Part shown: in pieces, positions 61,828-64,000 of the stretch
Layout of the letters: every line of letters begins with the position of its first letter
How positions within the stretch are numbered: position 1 is the stretch's first letter
Source: Macrostomum hystrix
Taxonomy: Eukaryota; Animalia; Platyhelminthes
Assembly: GCA_950097015.1 (NCBI GenBank)
Contig: CATNEN010000001.1
Coordinates: 8,928,001-8,992,000, forward strand
Length of the DNA stretch: 64,000 bases
Direction: 5' to 3'
Program-made: the position numbers and the translations under genes
The notes under the pieces: generated by a model
Seen by the model: only the letters and a program-made list of their open reading frames with translations
The model's database searches: none
Told to the model about the DNA's origin: nothing

Positions 61828-63024
61828 ATGAAGTTTGTCTAAGCTACCTATATGATACCTTTATTTCTTAATTCTTAATCCTTAATCGTTAATTCTTTAA
61901 AAAAGCGCTATAGTAGTAAAATTATACCCGTTTGCAGGTGTAAGTTTTCATTGACTCTGGTAAAACAATTTTTACTTTTAGCCATTATAGCACCATTTAT
62001 CAAAATGCGTTTGTCACACTACAATGCTAATGCAATATTACAACGTAGCAAAATGTACTCACATTCAATATGATTGTAGCCATAATGTCATATGTCGTGT
62101 CTTGTCGTGTTTATGTTTAACCAGAAAATTGCATGATCCATCCTTCAAGCTTTATAGCAAGTTTATCTGCAAATTTAAAGAAGCAGATGGCAACTGCGTA
62201 CGAAGATAACCCCTCACTCCACCTTCATGCTGTCCAATAACGAGCTGCTAACACAAATCGAAACCTCCCACTTCGTCATTTCAGACGCATTTCGTCGATT
62301 CGCTGATTGATCAGCGATTGATTCTGATTGATCAGAATATTAGAAATAGTGAGCCAGTGTGATAAAGACCTGGTAAAATAAAGTTGATAAATAAATAGTC
62401 ATTATAAGGAAATTTCATAGCAAAGTTATATACCTGTACCAGACCAAATAACTCTAGTGTACACTGGGATCAATTGTTATTGCTTTGCAGGAGCTAACCA
62501 ACAATTTTGGGTTGGGTATCTAGCAAACACTTTACAACAAATGATTAGCCAAGCCTTACCAGTTCTCAGATGCCAGCCTGAAGATAGCAAGCAAAGCCAC
62601 CATTCCAGCTTGTGTGATAAGGACCAGTTAAGATGTACTAAGCCTCACTGCAGTTTGCTAAGTTTTTACCATCCTTTTAACTGCTTTCACTTTCTTAAAT
62701 CCTTAATTCCTTTCAGGCTCTTCAATTATTTGTAGCCACATTTTACTTTTCTTTCAAGCTTTCAGCTGAATTGCCTCTGACATCATCCATGAGCAATGAG
62801 CTGCAGCTCAGGAGCATATTGAGCTAAAAGCTAGGCTTCTCTTGCTATTGACACCAAGCTATACACTTTTACCATCCTTTTTACTACCTTAACTCCATTG
62901 GAACATTTTAAACACCTTTTAAAAACACTTATTTTACTCATATTCACTTCGACTTTTGCAATACCTTTACTTTTACTTATTTACTTTTCAATTTTCAGAG
63001 AATTCGGAGAATTTCGCAGCAGTT

Positions 63025-63033
63025 ATGGATAAT

Positions 63034-63079
<46 letters not shown>

Positions 63080-63228
63080 CGCAGCCGAACAATAGCCCTT
63101 GAAAGCTGCTGCCCACCACAGTGGACCAGGGGAAGGTCCAGTGGTGGAAGGAGAAGGGAGGGGCCGGGGCGGCCACCACTTTCACGCCGCCGAGGCCCCG
63201 GTGCCCTCCCTCACCGGGCAAGAAATAA
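63025..63228 (+). pseudogene. PolyQ/WW/Pro micro-ORF, copy 4 (TGG>TGA at 63100)
   Basis: MDNQn-PQPNNSP*KLLPTTVDQGKVQWWKEKGGAGAATTFTPPRPRCPPSPGKK*. Confidence 0.55.
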
Positions 63229-64000
63229 AAATGTTTGTCTAAGCTACCTATATGTGATACCTTTATTCCTTAATTCTTAATCCTTAATCGTTAATTCTTT
63301 AAATAAGCGCTATAGTAGTAAAATTATACCCGTTTGCAGGTGTAAGTTTTCATTGACTCTGGTAAAACAATATTTTCTTTTAGCCATTATAGCACCATTT
63401 ATCAAAATGCGATTGTCACACTACAATGCTAATGCAATATTACAAGGTCGCAAAATGTACTCACATTCCATATGATTGTAGCCATAATGTCATATGTCGT
63501 GTCTTGTCGTGTTCGTGTTTAACCAGAAAATTGCATGAGCTAGTCATTCTCCAAGCTTTATAGCAAGTTTATCTGCAAATTTAAAGAAGCAGATGGCAAC
63601 TGCGTACGAAGATAACCCCTCACTCCACCTTCATGCTGTCCAATAACGAGCTGCTAACACAAATCGAAATCTCCCACTTCGTCATTTCAGATCACGCAAC
63701 TGATTAGATCATGCATTTGAATTCAAAGACACTTTGAATATTTTGGAATACATCTTTGCTTGTTGTCTTCCTTTATTTCACCCATATTTATTTATTAGCC
63801 TGATGCACAGCCTAAATGTTTAGCTTCTTAGCTTTAGCTTAGCATGATTACCAACATATTTATCGAGCACTCCTTGCTTCGTGTTCCTGCACTTGCTCAC
63901 TTGCTTTGTGTTATGTAGTGAACGAAGGGAACAACGGATTTGTTGGCAGATTCCAAATTGAGCAGTTATCCTTTTTGTGATAGCTTTGTGTCCGTATATT

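Overview
Eukaryotic (metazoan) genomic DNA with spliceosomal introns and many minisatellites. This style is consistent with a free-living flatworm such as Macrostomum, but that is inference only. The left part (1-27 kb) holds host genes, all on the minus strand: the 5' part of an ankyrin-repeat gene, an uncharacterised gene, a complete 14-exon IFT140 with a different minisatellite in nine introns, and a two-exon GT32 glycosyltransferase. It also contains a hAT-like MITE, a solo LTR and a tRNA-derived SINE. The right part (29.7-64 kb) is a transposon nest: a LINE 3' fragment, a decayed Gypsy pol, an intact Gypsy with identical LTRs and a -1 frameshift pseudoknot, and a disrupted THAP/P-type transposase. 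The most unusual component is a large CMC/EnSpm-like family with CCCGG(T/C)GGGACA termini, with no matching transposase in the window, that encloses gene cargo. The cargo includes an intronless Hes-type WRPW repressor behind a perfect heat-shock element and a repeated polyQ/WW/Pro micro-ORF behind apparently unpaired splice acceptors (four copies in the window). An inserted segment carries a three-exon tail-anchored microprotein gene and a truncated AlkB ORF.
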